Positions 1 through 9,606 of a stretch of DNA of 52,713 nt are shown here, in pieces. The notes beneath the pieces are model-generated. The model saw only the letters and a program-made list of their open reading frames with translations. It did not search any database and was not told the DNA's origin. The first letter of the stretch is position 1; the number at the start of each line of letters is the position of its first letter. A program made the position numbers and the translations under genes. Source of the DNA: Patescibacteria group bacterium (GTDB taxonomy: Bacteria > Pseudomonadota > Gammaproteobacteria > Xanthomonadales > Ahniellaceae); NCBI GenBank assembly GCA_035562895.1, contig DATMVT010000141.1:1-52713 (forward strand). Reading direction: 5' to 3'.

Positions 1-2505
1 CTGCGACAGTTGATCGATGCCGGCACCGAGATCGCCGGCGATGCCTTCGTGCCGGAGGGCCGGTCCAGTCACGAACTGCTGGAAACCGCCGAGCAGCGGG
101 TGTTCCGCATCGCCGAAGCCGGTGCGCGTGGCCGCAAGGGCTTCGTGACCATGGGCTCGGCGGTCAAGGAAGCGTTCGCGCAGCTCCAGCACCGCTACGA
201 AAACAAGGGATCGGTCACCGGCCTGGCCACCGGCTTGCGCGATTTCGACGAAATGACCGCCGGCCTGCAGCCCTCCGATCTGATCATCCTCGCCGCCCGG
301 CCATCGATGGGAAAGTGCCTTGCACACGATGCCGAACTGCTGCGCGCCGACGGCTCCATGGCGACGATCGAAACGATCTGCCGTGAGCGCGGTGGCAATG
401 TCGGCACGCTGCAGGACGACCTTCGCATCGCGCGCGCCGTCCCCTCGGACTACATCGACGACGGCGTGAAGCCGGTCTTCGAGGTCACCACGCGGCTTGG
501 TCGCCAGATTGAAACGACTGCGCCTCACCCATTCCTGACCCTGGATGGATGGAAGCCTCTGCACCAACTGTGTGTCGGCGACTACATCGCGGTGCCGCGG
601 CAGCTATCGGTATTTGGGGACCTCGGGATGCGCGACTGCGAGATCGCACTGGTTGCCTATCTGATTGGCGATGGCGGACTGACCGGGAATGCGCCTCGCT
701 TCACCACCAGCAACCCCGAGATTCGAGACGATTTTCTGGCCGCGGTCGACGCCTTTGGCGGGGTGGCCGCACACGCGGCAGAAGCGCGGAAGCACTTCGC
801 ACCCTCGTGGCGTATTGCGGCGAACAGCGGCGAGCGGGCCCACGCGCGTTCCACGTTCGCCGAGCGGCTGTGCGCGCAGATGTCCGGTCAAGGCTGCACC
901 AGTGTTGCGCTAGCGCAGCGCGCGGGCGTGTCGCCGGCGTCGGTATCACTATGGCGCAGCGGTCGCACCGTCCCCGACGCACATCGGCTCGCACAGATCG
1001 CGCGGGTACTCGAAGTCGCCCCAGAGGCCCTGCTTCCGGTCGATGCCGAACACGCACGTCGCAACCAGCCCAATGCGCTGACCCGCTGGCTGCGCGAACT
1101 CGGATTGATGGGATGCAACGTGCACGGCAAGTCCATTCCCGCGTGCATCTTCCGACTGCCGCGGGCACAAATGACGCGCTTCCTCGGCTGCCTGTTCGCA
1201 ACCGACGGATGGGCGACGGTGCTGGCCACCGGCCAGGCGCAGCTTGGATACGCCTCTGTCTCGGAACGTCTGGCGCGCCAGATCCAGCACCTGCTGCTTC
1301 GCTTCGGGATAATCGCTAAATTGCGCCAGCGCTGGGTCAAGTACCGCGATGCCCGACGTTGCTCCTGGCAACTGGACATCACCGATTCGGCGTCGATCCT
1401 GGCCTTTTGTGCTGAGATACCGGTACCCGGCAAGGGCGACGCCTTCGCTGCTGCCTCCAGGGCAGCGGCTCAACGCAGGCGGCAGACCAACGTCGATTTG
1501 GTTCCCGCCGGCGTTTGGGAGCGCATCGCCGCAGCCAAGGGCGCCATGTCCTGGGCTGAGCTGGCCCGTCGCGCCGGCTACAACGACGGCAACAGCCATC
1601 TCGGGCGCCGCGCGCTGAGCCGAATCCATCTGGCCCGCATCGCGCTGGTGCTGCAAGACCAGGGACTGACTGCGCTGGCATCGAGCGACGTGCTTTGGGA
1701 CCGCATCGACTCGATCGTCGCGGCCGGGAACAAGCAGGTTTATGACCTGACCATTCCAGAAACCCACAACTTCATCGCCAACGACATTTGTGTCCACAAC
1801 ACCGCGCTCGCCCTGAACATGGCCGAATATGCGGCAATCAAGGGCAAGAAGGCAGTGGCCGTGTTCTCGATGGAAATGTCGGCATCGCAGCTCGCCTTCC
1901 GACTGATCTCGTCGCTGGGCCGGATCAACCAGCAGCATCTGCGCACCGGCGAACTCGAGGACGCCGACTGGCCGCGCGTCACCTCCGCGATCCAGCTGTT
2001 GAAGGACGCGAAGATCTTCATCGACGACACGCCGGCGCTTTCGCCGGGGGAATTGCGCGCACGCGCACGGCGACTCAAGCGCGAACACGATCTCGGCCTG
2101 ATCGTGATCGACTACCTGCAACTGATGGCGGTGCCGGGAACGCGCGAGAACCGCGCCACCGAAATCTCGGAAATTTCGCGTAGCCTGAAGGCCCTGGCCA
2201 AGGAACTGAACGTTCCGGTGATCGCCCTTTCGCAGCTCAATCGTTCGCTCGAACAGCGCACCGACAAGCGCCCGGTGATGGCCGACCTGCGCGAATCCGG
2301 CGCCATCGAGCAGGACGCCGACGTCATCGTGTTCATCTATCGTGACGATTACTACAACAAGGAATCGCCGGACAAGGGTCTCGCAGAAATCATCATCGGC
2401 AAGCAGCGCAATGGGCCGACCGGCACCTGCAAGCTGACTTTCCTCGGCCACTACACCAAGTTCGAGAACCACGCTTCGGCAGGATTCGCAGGGAGCTTCG
2501 AGTGA
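1..2505 (+). CDS. dnaB: Replicative DNA helicase DnaB, 5' partial, interrupted by an intein (316..1800)
   Basis: The reading frame is open to base 1. With 316..1800 removed, the Walker A motif reads AARPSMGK|TALALNM. Downstream DnaB motifs are present: IVIDYLQLM, SRSLKALAKELNVPVIALSQLNR, LRESGAIEQDADV, IIGKQRNGPTG. Confidence 0.95.
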   Translation: MRQLIDAGTEIAGDAFVPEGRSSHELLETAEQRVFRIAEAGARGRKGFVTMGSAVKEAFAQLQHRYENKGSVTGLATGLRDFDEMTAGLQPSDLIILAARPSMGKCLAHDAELLRADGSMATIETICRERGGNVGTLQDDLRIARAVPSDYIDDGVKPVFEVTTRLGRQIETTAPHPFLTLDGWKPLHQLCVGDYIAVPRQLSVFGDLGMRDCEIALVAYLIGDGGLTGNAPRFTTSNPEIRDDFLAAVDAFGGVAAHAAEARKHFAPSWRIAANSGERAHARSTFAERLCAQMSGQGCTSVALAQRAGVSPASVSLWRSGRTVPDAHRLAQIARVLEVAPEALLPVDAEHARRNQPNALTRWLRELGLMGCNVHGKSIPACIFRLPRAQMTRFLGCLFATDGWATVLATGQAQLGYASVSERLARQIQHLLLRFGIIAKLRQRWVKYRDARRCSWQLDITDSASILAFCAEIPVPGKGDAFAAASRAAAQRRRQTNVDLVPAGVWERIAAAKGAMSWAELARRAGYNDGNSHLGRRALSRIHLARIALVLQDQGLTALASSDVLWDRIDSIVAAGNKQVYDLTIPETHNFIANDICVHNTALALNMAEYAAIKGKKAVAVFSMEMSASQLAFRLISSLGRINQQHLRTGELEDADWPRVTSAIQLLKDAKIFIDDTPALSPGELRARARRLKREHDLGLIVIDYLQLMAVPGTRENRATEISEISRSLKALAKELNVPVIALSQLNRSLEQRTDKRPVMADLRESGAIEQDADVIVFIYRDDYYNKESPDKGLAEIIIGKQRNGPTGTCKLTFLGHYTKFENHASAGFAGSFE
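316..1800 (+). mobile_element. Intein (495 codons) with a LAGLIDADG homing-endonuclease domain, in frame within dnaB
   Basis: Starts with Cys (CLAHDAELL, block A). Block B is GRQIETTAPHPFLT. Two LAGLIDADG motifs: LVAYLIGDGGL (649..681) and FLGCLFATDGWA (1180..1215). Block F is VYDLTIPETHNFIAND. It ends in VHN, followed by the +1 Thr of the extein. Confidence 0.9.
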
Positions 2506-3581
2506 GCCGATCGGCCTTCGCGACGATCCATCTCGGCGCGTTACGGCACAACCTCGGTCGCATCCGCGAATTGGCACCGACCAGCCGCCTCATGGCCGTG
2601 ATCAAGGCCGACGGCTACGGCCACGGTCTCGAGCGTGTCGCGCGCGCCCTGTCCGGCGCCGACGCCTTCGGTGTCGCCGCAATCGCCGACGGCCAGCGCC
2701 TGCGCGCGGCCGGCATCGGCCATCGCATCGTCGTGCTGTCGGGCATCGACGAAGCCGGCGACCTGCTGGAGGTGCGTCGGCTCGACCTCGACATCGTCCT
2801 TCATCACGAGCATCAACTTTCCTTGATCGCAGCCGATCCCGACCCGCGCCCACTGCGGATCTGGCTCAAGCTCGATACCGGCATGCATCGCCTCGGATTC
2901 GATCCAGGTCGCACCGACGACCTGCTCGCACGTCTGCGTGCCCTGCCGAACGTGCACCCGGACATCGTGCTGATGAGCCATTTCGCGCGCTCGGATGAAC
3001 CCCTCGAGGCCGCCACGAATGTGCAACTCGCGCGGTTCGCGACGGCCACCACCGCGCCACTGGCGCGTTCGATCGCGAACTCGGCCGCCATCGTGCATTT
3101 TCCGGACGCGCGCCAGGATTGGGTGCGCGCCGGCGGCGCGCTGTACGGCCTCAGCGTCGAACCCGGTCGCTGCGGCGGCGACGACGGCTTCCACCCGGCG
3201 ATGAGCCTGTCCAGCAAGCTGATCGCGATCCGTCGCGCCGCCAAGGGCGAGCGCGTCGGCTACGGCGGCCTGTACGAGTGCCCCGAAGACATGGCGATCG
3301 GCGTCGTCGCGATCGGCTACGGCGATGGCTATCCGCGCAATGCCGCGGCGGGCACCCCGGTGCTGCTGAACGGGCGCGAAGCGCCGATCATCGGCCGCGT
3401 GTCGATGGACCTGATGATGATCGACCTGCGCCGCCATGCGGACGCGCAAATCAACGACCGCGTGCTGTTGTGGGGACCGGAGCTGCCGGTCGAACGCATC
3501 GCCGCCGCGGCCGGCACGATCAGCTACGAACTCGCCTGCGGCGTCACCCGCCGCGTCATGTTCCTCGAAGACGACACCTGA
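2502..3581 (+). CDS. alr: Alanine racemase
   Basis: PLP-lysine motif AVIKADGYGHG near the N-terminus; C-terminal ISYELACG. The GTG start overlaps the dnaB stop (GTGA). dnaB-alr adjacency is classical. Confidence 0.9.
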   Translation: MSRSAFATIHLGALRHNLGRIRELAPTSRLMAVIKADGYGHGLERVARALSGADAFGVAAIADGQRLRAAGIGHRIVVLSGIDEAGDLLEVRRLDLDIVLHHEHQLSLIAADPDPRPLRIWLKLDTGMHRLGFDPGRTDDLLARLRALPNVHPDIVLMSHFARSDEPLEAATNVQLARFATATTAPLARSIANSAAIVHFPDARQDWVRAGGALYGLSVEPGRCGGDDGFHPAMSLSSKLIAIRRAAKGERVGYGGLYECPEDMAIGVVAIGYGDGYPRNAAAGTPVLLNGREAPIIGRVSMDLMMIDLRRHADAQINDRVLLWGPELPVERIAAAAGTISYELACGVTRRVMFLEDDT

Positions 3582-3591
3582 GGTTCGCCGC

Positions 3592-4959
3592 ATGGCCAAG
3601 GCCAAGACTGCCTACGTCTGCAACGACTGCGGCGCCGAGTATTCGAAATGGCAGGGGCAGTGCACCGAGTGCAATGCCTGGAACACGATGAGCGAAGTGC
3701 GACTGGCCTCGGCGAAAGCTGCGAAGGGCGAGCCTCGCGGCGGCTATGCCGGGGGCGGTCCTGCCCTCGTCACCGCACTCGCGAAGGTGTCGGAATCGGA
3801 AGAGCAACGCACCCTGATCGGTATCGGCGAACTCGACCGCGTACTCGGCGGTGGCCTGGTGCGCGGCTCGGTGGTGCTGATCGGCGGCGATCCCGGCATC
3901 GGCAAATCGACACTGGTGTTGCAGGCGCTGGCTGCACTCGCCGGTCGCTCGAAAGCGCTGTACGTGACCGGCGAGGAAAGTCTCGGCCAGGTCGCCGCGC
4001 GCGCGCGCCGGCTCGGGCTGTCGCTGGACGCGATCGACGCGCTGGCCGATACCGGCATCGAACGCATCCTCGATACCGCGATCGCGCAGAAGCCAGATTT
4101 TCTGGTCATCGACTCGATCCAGACGATGTATTCGGACCAGATCGAATCGGCACCTGGCTCGGTGTCGCAGGTGCGCGAATCGGCGGCGCGACTGGTGCGT
4201 CATGCCAAGGAATCCGGCTGCGCGGTGTTCCTGATCGGCCACGTCACCAAGGAAGGCGGCATCGCCGGCCCGCGCGTGCTCGAACACATGGTCGACGCGG
4301 TGCTGTATTTCGAGGGCGAGGCCGGCAGCCGCTTCCGCGTGCTGCGCGCGTTCAAGAACCGTTTCGGCGCGGTCAATGAACTCGGCGTGTTCGCGATGGG
4401 CGACAAAGGCCTGCGCGAAGTCCCGAATCCGTCCGCGATCTTCCTGTCGAACCACGAACAACCGACCCCGGGCAGCGCGATCATGGTCACGCGCGAAGGC
4501 ACGCGGCCGCTGCTCGTCGAGGTCCAGGCGCTCGTGGACCATTCACCGCTCGGCAATCCGCGTCGCGTCGCGCTGGGACTGGAGCAGAATCGCCTGGCGA
4601 TGCTGCTCGCGGTGCTGCACAAGCACGGCGGCTTCGCGCTGCATGATCAGGACGTGTTCGTGAACGTCGTCGGCGGCATCCGCGTTCAGGAAACCGCGGC
4701 CGACCTGCCGGTATTGCTGGCGGCGCTGTCGAGTTTTCGCAATCGCCCGCTCGGACATCGCCTCGCCGCATTCGGCGAGGTCGGCCTGGCGGGCGAAATC
4801 CGTCCGGTTCCGAACGGCGAGGAACGCATCCGCGAAGCCGCCTCGCACGGCTTCGAACGCATCGTCGTGCCGAAGGCAAACGCCCCGAAAAAAGCACCCT
4901 CGGGATTACAGATCATTGCCGTCGAACGTCTCGCCGAGGCGATCGCGGTCCTGGATTGA
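3592..4959 (+). CDS. radA: DNA repair protein RadA/Sms
   Basis: N-terminal zinc finger YVCNDCGAEYSKWQGQCTECNAWNT, Walker A GGDPGIGKST, KNRFG motif and a Lon-like C-terminal domain. I chose the internal ATG at 3592, because the upstream part of ORF 3436.. overlaps alr. Confidence 0.93.
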   Translation: MAKAKTAYVCNDCGAEYSKWQGQCTECNAWNTMSEVRLASAKAAKGEPRGGYAGGGPALVTALAKVSESEEQRTLIGIGELDRVLGGGLVRGSVVLIGGDPGIGKSTLVLQALAALAGRSKALYVTGEESLGQVAARARRLGLSLDAIDALADTGIERILDTAIAQKPDFLVIDSIQTMYSDQIESAPGSVSQVRESAARLVRHAKESGCAVFLIGHVTKEGGIAGPRVLEHMVDAVLYFEGEAGSRFRVLRAFKNRFGAVNELGVFAMGDKGLREVPNPSAIFLSNHEQPTPGSAIMVTREGTRPLLVEVQALVDHSPLGNPRRVALGLEQNRLAMLLAVLHKHGGFALHDQDVFVNVVGGIRVQETAADLPVLLAALSSFRNRPLGHRLAAFGEVGLAGEIRPVPNGEERIREAASHGFERIVVPKANAPKKAPSGLQIIAVERLAEAIAVLD

Positions 4960-4971
4960 GGCATCTGCACC

Positions 4972-5928
4972 ATGACACTGCAACTCGTGCTTTTCGTCCT
5001 TGGCGTGGTCCTGCTCGCGATCGGTGCGGATGTCTTCGTGCGCGGCGCTTCGGGACTCGCCGAGCGCTTCGGCATCAGCCATTTCGTGATCGGCCTCGTC
5101 GTGGTCGGCTTCGGCACCTCGACGCCGGAACTCGCCGTGACCCTGGGCGCTGCATTGAAGGGCAATACCGACATCGCGCTCGGCAACATCGTCGGTTCGA
5201 ACATCGCCAATATCGGCCTGATCCTCGGCCTGTCTGCGGTGGTCGCGCCACTGGTCATTCGGCTGCGCCTGCTGCAGGTCGAACTGCCGGCGATGATCGT
5301 GCTGCATCTGGCCCTGTTCGCGATGGTCTGGAACGGTAGCGTCGGCCGGCTCGACGGACTGCTGCTGCTCGCCGGCTTTCTTGCGTTCATGATTTTCCTC
5401 GTGCGTTCGTCGCCCGCTGAATCGGGCGAGGTCCAACAGGAGTTCGCCGCCAACGAACCCGCCGTGTCCAAACGGACCTGGGTCACGTTCGCGCTCGTCG
5501 TTGGCGGACTGGCATTGCTGATGCTCGGCGCCAAGGTGGCGGTCGATGCCGCAGTCGTGCTGGCGAAGTTGTGGGGCCTCTCCGACCTGGTGATCGGCTT
5601 GACCGTGGTCGCGGTCGGCACCTCGGCGCCCGAGATCGCGTCGTCGCTGGCCGCCGCGCGTCGTGGCCAAAGCGACATCGCCATCGGCAACGTAGTCGGA
5701 TCGAACCTCTACAACGTGCTGTTCATCCTCGGCGCGACCGCGCTCGTGCAGCCGATCCCGGCGCTTGCGCCAACCCTGCTGACGCTCGACCTTCCGGTAC
5801 TGGTTGGTCTGTCCGTCCTGCTCTGGCCGCTTGCACTCAAGGACATGCGCCTGACCCGCGGCAATGGCGTACTCCTGTTGCTCGCCTACGCCGTCTACTT
5901 GGTGCTGCTCGTGCGCAGCTCGGCCTGA
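4972..5928 (+). CDS. Ca2+/cation antiporter (CaCA / YrbG-like sodium:calcium exchanger family)
   Basis: Polytopic membrane protein with duplicated alpha-repeat motifs GTSTPELAV...GNIVGSNIANIGLILG and GTSAPEIASS...GNVVGSNLYNVLFILG. Confidence 0.8.
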   Translation: MTLQLVLFVLGVVLLAIGADVFVRGASGLAERFGISHFVIGLVVVGFGTSTPELAVTLGAALKGNTDIALGNIVGSNIANIGLILGLSAVVAPLVIRLRLLQVELPAMIVLHLALFAMVWNGSVGRLDGLLLLAGFLAFMIFLVRSSPAESGEVQQEFAANEPAVSKRTWVTFALVVGGLALLMLGAKVAVDAAVVLAKLWGLSDLVIGLTVVAVGTSAPEIASSLAAARRGQSDIAIGNVVGSNLYNVLFILGATALVQPIPALAPTLLTLDLPVLVGLSVLLWPLALKDMRLTRGNGVLLLLAYAVYLVLLVRSSA

Positions 5929-6413
5929 GCCGCACGATACTTCGCCAGATTCGCTGCCGCCTGCGCACGCACCTTGTTGCGCAGGAAAGGTGTCCAGCCG
6001 AGCAACAGGCCGGGCGTTCCGAGGGCCTGTTTCGACCAGCGCCAGAAATCGAAGCGGTCGCGGTGTCTCTGGATCAATCCGTCGCGGTTGAACTCGAACT
6101 GCGCGTCGATGATGTTGTGCACGATGCGGCCGGTGGCGCTGAAGCGGTAAGTCGGCTCCCAATGGGCGATGCCGACTTCGTCATCGCAATCGATGCCACT
6201 GAATTCCAGTCTCCAGTCGGCCCGGCCCTTGTCCTTCACCGCGGTGCAGAGCATGCGCCACATCGCGCCGATCTCGTCGCGACCGCGCAGCGAGAACGCC
6301 TCGTCGTCGAACGACGCATCGGGCGCGTAGGCCGTCTGCATGGTGTCGGCATCGAGCGCTCGAAAGGCTTCGTAGAAGCGCGTGATGCGGTCGTTCTGCG
6401 GAAACTCGCTCAT
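5895..6413 (-). CDS. SnoaL-like / NTF2-fold family protein
   Basis: Sequence MSEFPQNDRITRFYEAFRALDADTM...GAMWRML is typical of small NTF2/SnoaL_2 domain proteins. Start taken at the internal ATG 6413. The 3' end overlaps the antiporter gene by 34 nt (convergent). Confidence 0.6.
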   Translation of the reverse strand: MSEFPQNDRITRFYEAFRALDADTMQTAYAPDASFDDEAFSLRGRDEIGAMWRMLCTAVKDKGRADWRLEFSGIDCDDEVGIAHWEPTYRFSATGRIVHNIIDAQFEFNRDGLIQRHRDRFDFWRWSKQALGTPGLLLGWTPFLRNKVRAQAAANLAKYRAAQAELRTSSTK

Positions 6414-6506
6414 GGTCAGCTCGCGTCGGTGAGCGCGAGCATGACGAAGCGCCAGGGTCGGAGCAACCGTTTGCAACTATGCTTCGACGGTCACCGAGGA
6501 TGACTC

Positions 6507-7628
6507 ATGCGCCACGCCGTCACCGCCTTGATCGCCCTGTGCGTACTGAATTCCTTGCCCGTGCACAGCGAGATCATTCAAAGTGAACGCGGCCCGGTCG
6601 AAGTCACGACCATCGCCACCGGCTTGAACAGCCCATGGGCGATCGCCTTCCTGCCCGACGGGCGCTATCTCGTCACCGAACGTGCCGGCCAGATGCGCAT
6701 TGTCGAAAGCGACGGCACGATCGGTAAACCCCTTGCCGGCGTGCCCACCGTCCATGCCGTGGGCCAGGGCGGCCTGCTTGATGTCGTGCTCGATCCTGGC
6801 TTTGCCGAAAACCGCACGATCTATTTCTCGTACGCCGCGCCCGGCGAAGATGGTGCACACACTGCGATCGCCAGCGCGAAGCTCGAATCCACTGCTCTGA
6901 CGAACCTGCACGTCCTGTTCCGGCAAACGCCCGGCTACGACGGCGGCCACCATTTCGGCTCGCGCATCGTCATCGGCCGGGATGGTTTCCTGTACGCCAC
7001 GGTCGGCGATCGCGGCGATCATCGCGATCGCGCGCAACAACTCGACAAGACCTACGGCAAGGTCATCCGCATCGCACGCGACGGCAGCATTCCGAAGGAC
7101 AACCCGTTCGTCGACCGCAACGACGCGAACGCCGCGGTGTGGAGCTACGGCCACCGCAATCCGCAGGGACTGACACTGAATCCGTCGACCGGCGAACTGT
7201 TCGAGACCGAACACGGACCGCGCGGCGGCGACGAGATCAACATCATCCGCAAGGGCGCGAACTACGGCTGGCCAGTAGTCACGTTCGGCCGCGAATACCA
7301 CGGCCCGAGGATTGGCGAAGGCCAGACCAAGCCCGGCATCGACCCACCGATTCACTACTGGGACCCGTCGATCGCACCCAGTGGCATGGCTTTCCTGTCG
7401 AAAGACGACGCCGGCCCCTGGAAAGGCAACCTGTTCGTCGGCGCCCTGAAGTTCACGCTGGTCGCGCGCCTCGAATTGAAGGACGGCGAGGTCGTCCACG
7501 AAGAACGCCTGCTCGCCGATCGTGGCGATCGCGTGCGCGACGTGCGCGAAGGACCGGACGGCGCGCTCTACGTATTGACCGAGAGCAAGGGTCGGCTGTT
7601 GCGGCTGAAGCCGATCGCGACACCCTGA
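6507..7628 (+). CDS. PQQ-dependent soluble sugar dehydrogenase (YliI / sorbosone dehydrogenase family), secreted
   Basis: Signal-peptide-like N-terminus MRHAVTALIALCVLNSLPVHS. Beta-propeller family motifs: GLNSPWAIAFLPDGRYLVTERAG, GQGGLLDVVLDP, YGHRNPQGL, EHGPRGGDEIN. Confidence 0.8.
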   Translation: MRHAVTALIALCVLNSLPVHSEIIQSERGPVEVTTIATGLNSPWAIAFLPDGRYLVTERAGQMRIVESDGTIGKPLAGVPTVHAVGQGGLLDVVLDPGFAENRTIYFSYAAPGEDGAHTAIASAKLESTALTNLHVLFRQTPGYDGGHHFGSRIVIGRDGFLYATVGDRGDHRDRAQQLDKTYGKVIRIARDGSIPKDNPFVDRNDANAAVWSYGHRNPQGLTLNPSTGELFETEHGPRGGDEINIIRKGANYGWPVVTFGREYHGPRIGEGQTKPGIDPPIHYWDPSIAPSGMAFLSKDDAGPWKGNLFVGALKFTLVARLELKDGEVVHEERLLADRGDRVRDVREGPDGALYVLTESKGRLLRLKPIATP

Positions 7629-7659
7629 GCGCGCGACCGGCCCGACGTCGAGTCGACGA

Positions 7660-8673
7660 CTAGAAGTCGTTCTTCAGCACCACGCGATAGCGCGCCTTGC
7701 CGGCACGAAGATGGTCGAGCGCATCGTTGACGCGGCTCATCGGAAACGATTCGACCATCGGTTCGATGCCGTGACGGGCGCAGAAATCAAGCATCTTCGC
7801 GATGCCGGAGGGTGAACCTGTGGGTGAGCCCGACACCTGCTTCTGACCGAGCAACAGCGAGAATACCTGTACCGGGATCGGTTCAAGCACCGCACCGACG
7901 ACGTGCAAGCGACCGCGCGGACCGAGCGCAGCGAGCAACGCGTTCCAGTCGAGTTTGACGTTGGCGGTGACGATGATCAGGTCGAGCGATCCGGCGATCG
8001 CCGCGATCTCGCGCGAATCGGTGCTCGAGACCACGCGATGCGCGCCCATGGCGCGGGCCTCATCGTGCTTCGAAGCATTCGACGTGAACGCCGTGACCTC
8101 GCAACCCCACGCCTTGGCGAAGCGGATGGCCATGTGTCCGAGTCCGCCGATACCGACGACACCGATGCGTCCGGTCGGCTGGATGCCGTAGTCGAGCAAC
8201 GGCGTGAACACGGTGATGCCGCCGCAGAACAAGGGTCCGGCCACTTCCGGGCGCACGCCTTCGGGCAGGGCGATGGTCCAGGCCCAGTGCGCACGGACGC
8301 GATCCGCGAATCCGCCATGATGGCCGATGATCGTCGGGCGCAGGGCACCGCAGAGATGGGCGTCGCCGCCGACGCAGGGCGCGCAATGCATGCAGCTCTG
8401 ACTGGTCCAGCCGATCCCGACGCGCTGCCCGATCCGGAGTCCTTTCGACTGCGGCCCGAGTGCAACGACGCGCCCGACGACTTCATGCCCCGGCACCAGC
8501 GGATACGACGCCATGCCCCATTCGTTGTCGAGCATCGACAGGTCGGAATGACAGACGCCGCAGTAGTCGACCGCGACTTCGACCTCTTCAGCCCCGAGCA
8601 GACCCGGATCGTAGTCGAATCGTTGCAGCGTGCCCTTCGCCGCATGTGCGGCCCAAGCCTTGATCATCGTCAT
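7660..8673 (-). CDS. Zn-dependent NAD(P) alcohol dehydrogenase (YahK / cinnamyl-alcohol dehydrogenase-like)
   Basis: Catalytic zinc motif YCGVCHSDL, structural zinc cysteines CMHCAPCVGGDAHLC, and Rossmann motif VGIGGLGHMA. Start taken at the ATG of MTMIKAW. Confidence 0.85.
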   Translation of the reverse strand: MTMIKAWAAHAAKGTLQRFDYDPGLLGAEEVEVAVDYCGVCHSDLSMLDNEWGMASYPLVPGHEVVGRVVALGPQSKGLRIGQRVGIGWTSQSCMHCAPCVGGDAHLCGALRPTIIGHHGGFADRVRAHWAWTIALPEGVRPEVAGPLFCGGITVFTPLLDYGIQPTGRIGVVGIGGLGHMAIRFAKAWGCEVTAFTSNASKHDEARAMGAHRVVSSTDSREIAAIAGSLDLIIVTANVKLDWNALLAALGPRGRLHVVGAVLEPIPVQVFSLLLGQKQVSGSPTGSPSGIAKMLDFCARHGIEPMVESFPMSRVNDALDHLRAGKARYRVVLKNDF

Positions 8674-8765
8674 GCTGGTGCTCCGTTGTGGTCCAGTCGG
8701 TGCCGATGCTCTCATGCCCCGACCGCATGTGGGGTCGTCAAGACAAAGGTTCGGCCGACTTCATG

Positions 8766-9587
8766 TCAACGTCGCAGGAAGTCTTCAATGCCGGGCGCAA
8801 GCAGCATCGGTGTGCCGGGCCCCCGTGCGGTCCGGGTCGGACTCGGTGCCGGCGTGCGGTTGACGTCGATCACGACCGGACGCCCCTGATGGATGACGAA
8901 GTCGATTTTGCCGTAGTCGAGCCCCAGTTGCTCGCGCACCGCGACGATTTCGGGCGGCACATCGACGGTTTCGACGTCGATCGAATTGCCCGCCTTCACG
9001 ACCGGGTGCGGACTGCAGAACCGTCGACAACGACCCTGCTTGCCTAGGAACAACCAGAAATGCGTCCAGTATCCGCGTTCGTCGCGTTCGGGAAGGAAGC
9101 GTTCGACCACGTGCCCGGAGGACGACCAGACCACCTCAGGGACCTCGGTCAATGCGCGAAACACGACGTATTCGGTGATCGGCACCAACCCCGGATGCGG
9201 CAGCGGACACCCGAGGGCACGGGCACGATCATTGTGCTTCGCTTCGGGTACACCGCCGGCATTCAGGTCCGACTTCACGATGACCGGGCCTTGCCAGTCC
9301 GAATTCCGTTGCAACCCGAGGTCGCCACGTACCGATTTGCGGAGGTCGAGTTCATGGCCGTTCACGACGACCGGAAAGCGCCGCACGGCGTCCACGTACT
9401 CGGCAGGAACACACGATGCATCGACATGAAGAAATGCGAGATCCGCCTGCACGCCCGCTGCAGGTGGACCCTCGATGACCCGGATCTCGTGACCGGCATC
9501 CAGCCAGAACGGAAACAGCGACTGGATCATCCACGCGCGGGAACGAAAGTCGTCGAGCGCGTGGGCAACGACCAGCAACTTCGCCAT
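8766..9587 (-). CDS. Hypothetical protein, possibly ATP-grasp fold
   Basis: GPVIVKSDLNAGGVPE and GLDYGKIDFVIHQGRPVVIDVNRTP resemble ATP-grasp nucleotide-binding and C-terminal motifs. Start set at ATG 9587, because the upstream part of ORF 8766..9710 runs through the tRNA and its terminator. Confidence 0.4.
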   Translation of the reverse strand: MAKLLVVAHALDDFRSRAWMIQSLFPFWLDAGHEIRVIEGPPAAGVQADLAFLHVDASCVPAEYVDAVRRFPVVVNGHELDLRKSVRGDLGLQRNSDWQGPVIVKSDLNAGGVPEAKHNDRARALGCPLPHPGLVPITEYVVFRALTEVPEVVWSSSGHVVERFLPERDERGYWTHFWLFLGKQGRCRRFCSPHPVVKAGNSIDVETVDVPPEIVAVREQLGLDYGKIDFVIHQGRPVVIDVNRTPAPSPTRTARGPGTPMLLAPGIEDFLRR

Positions 9588-9606
9588 GCGTCTGATGCTC
9601 CGCCGC

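Noticed and set aside
949-2577. Very long antisense or alternate-frame ORFs throughout the window, for example 949..2577(-), 10816..12216(-), 13421..15400(-), 28538..30868(-), 35144..36913(+), 43647..45611(-) and 45989..47569(-).
   Set aside because: Each lies entirely opposite or out of frame to a strongly recognisable conserved gene (dnaB, rpsB/tsf, dnaE, alaS, mutS and others). Their translations are Arg/Ala/Gly/His/Asp-rich with no recognisable motifs. Stop-codon scarcity in GC-rich DNA explains their length.
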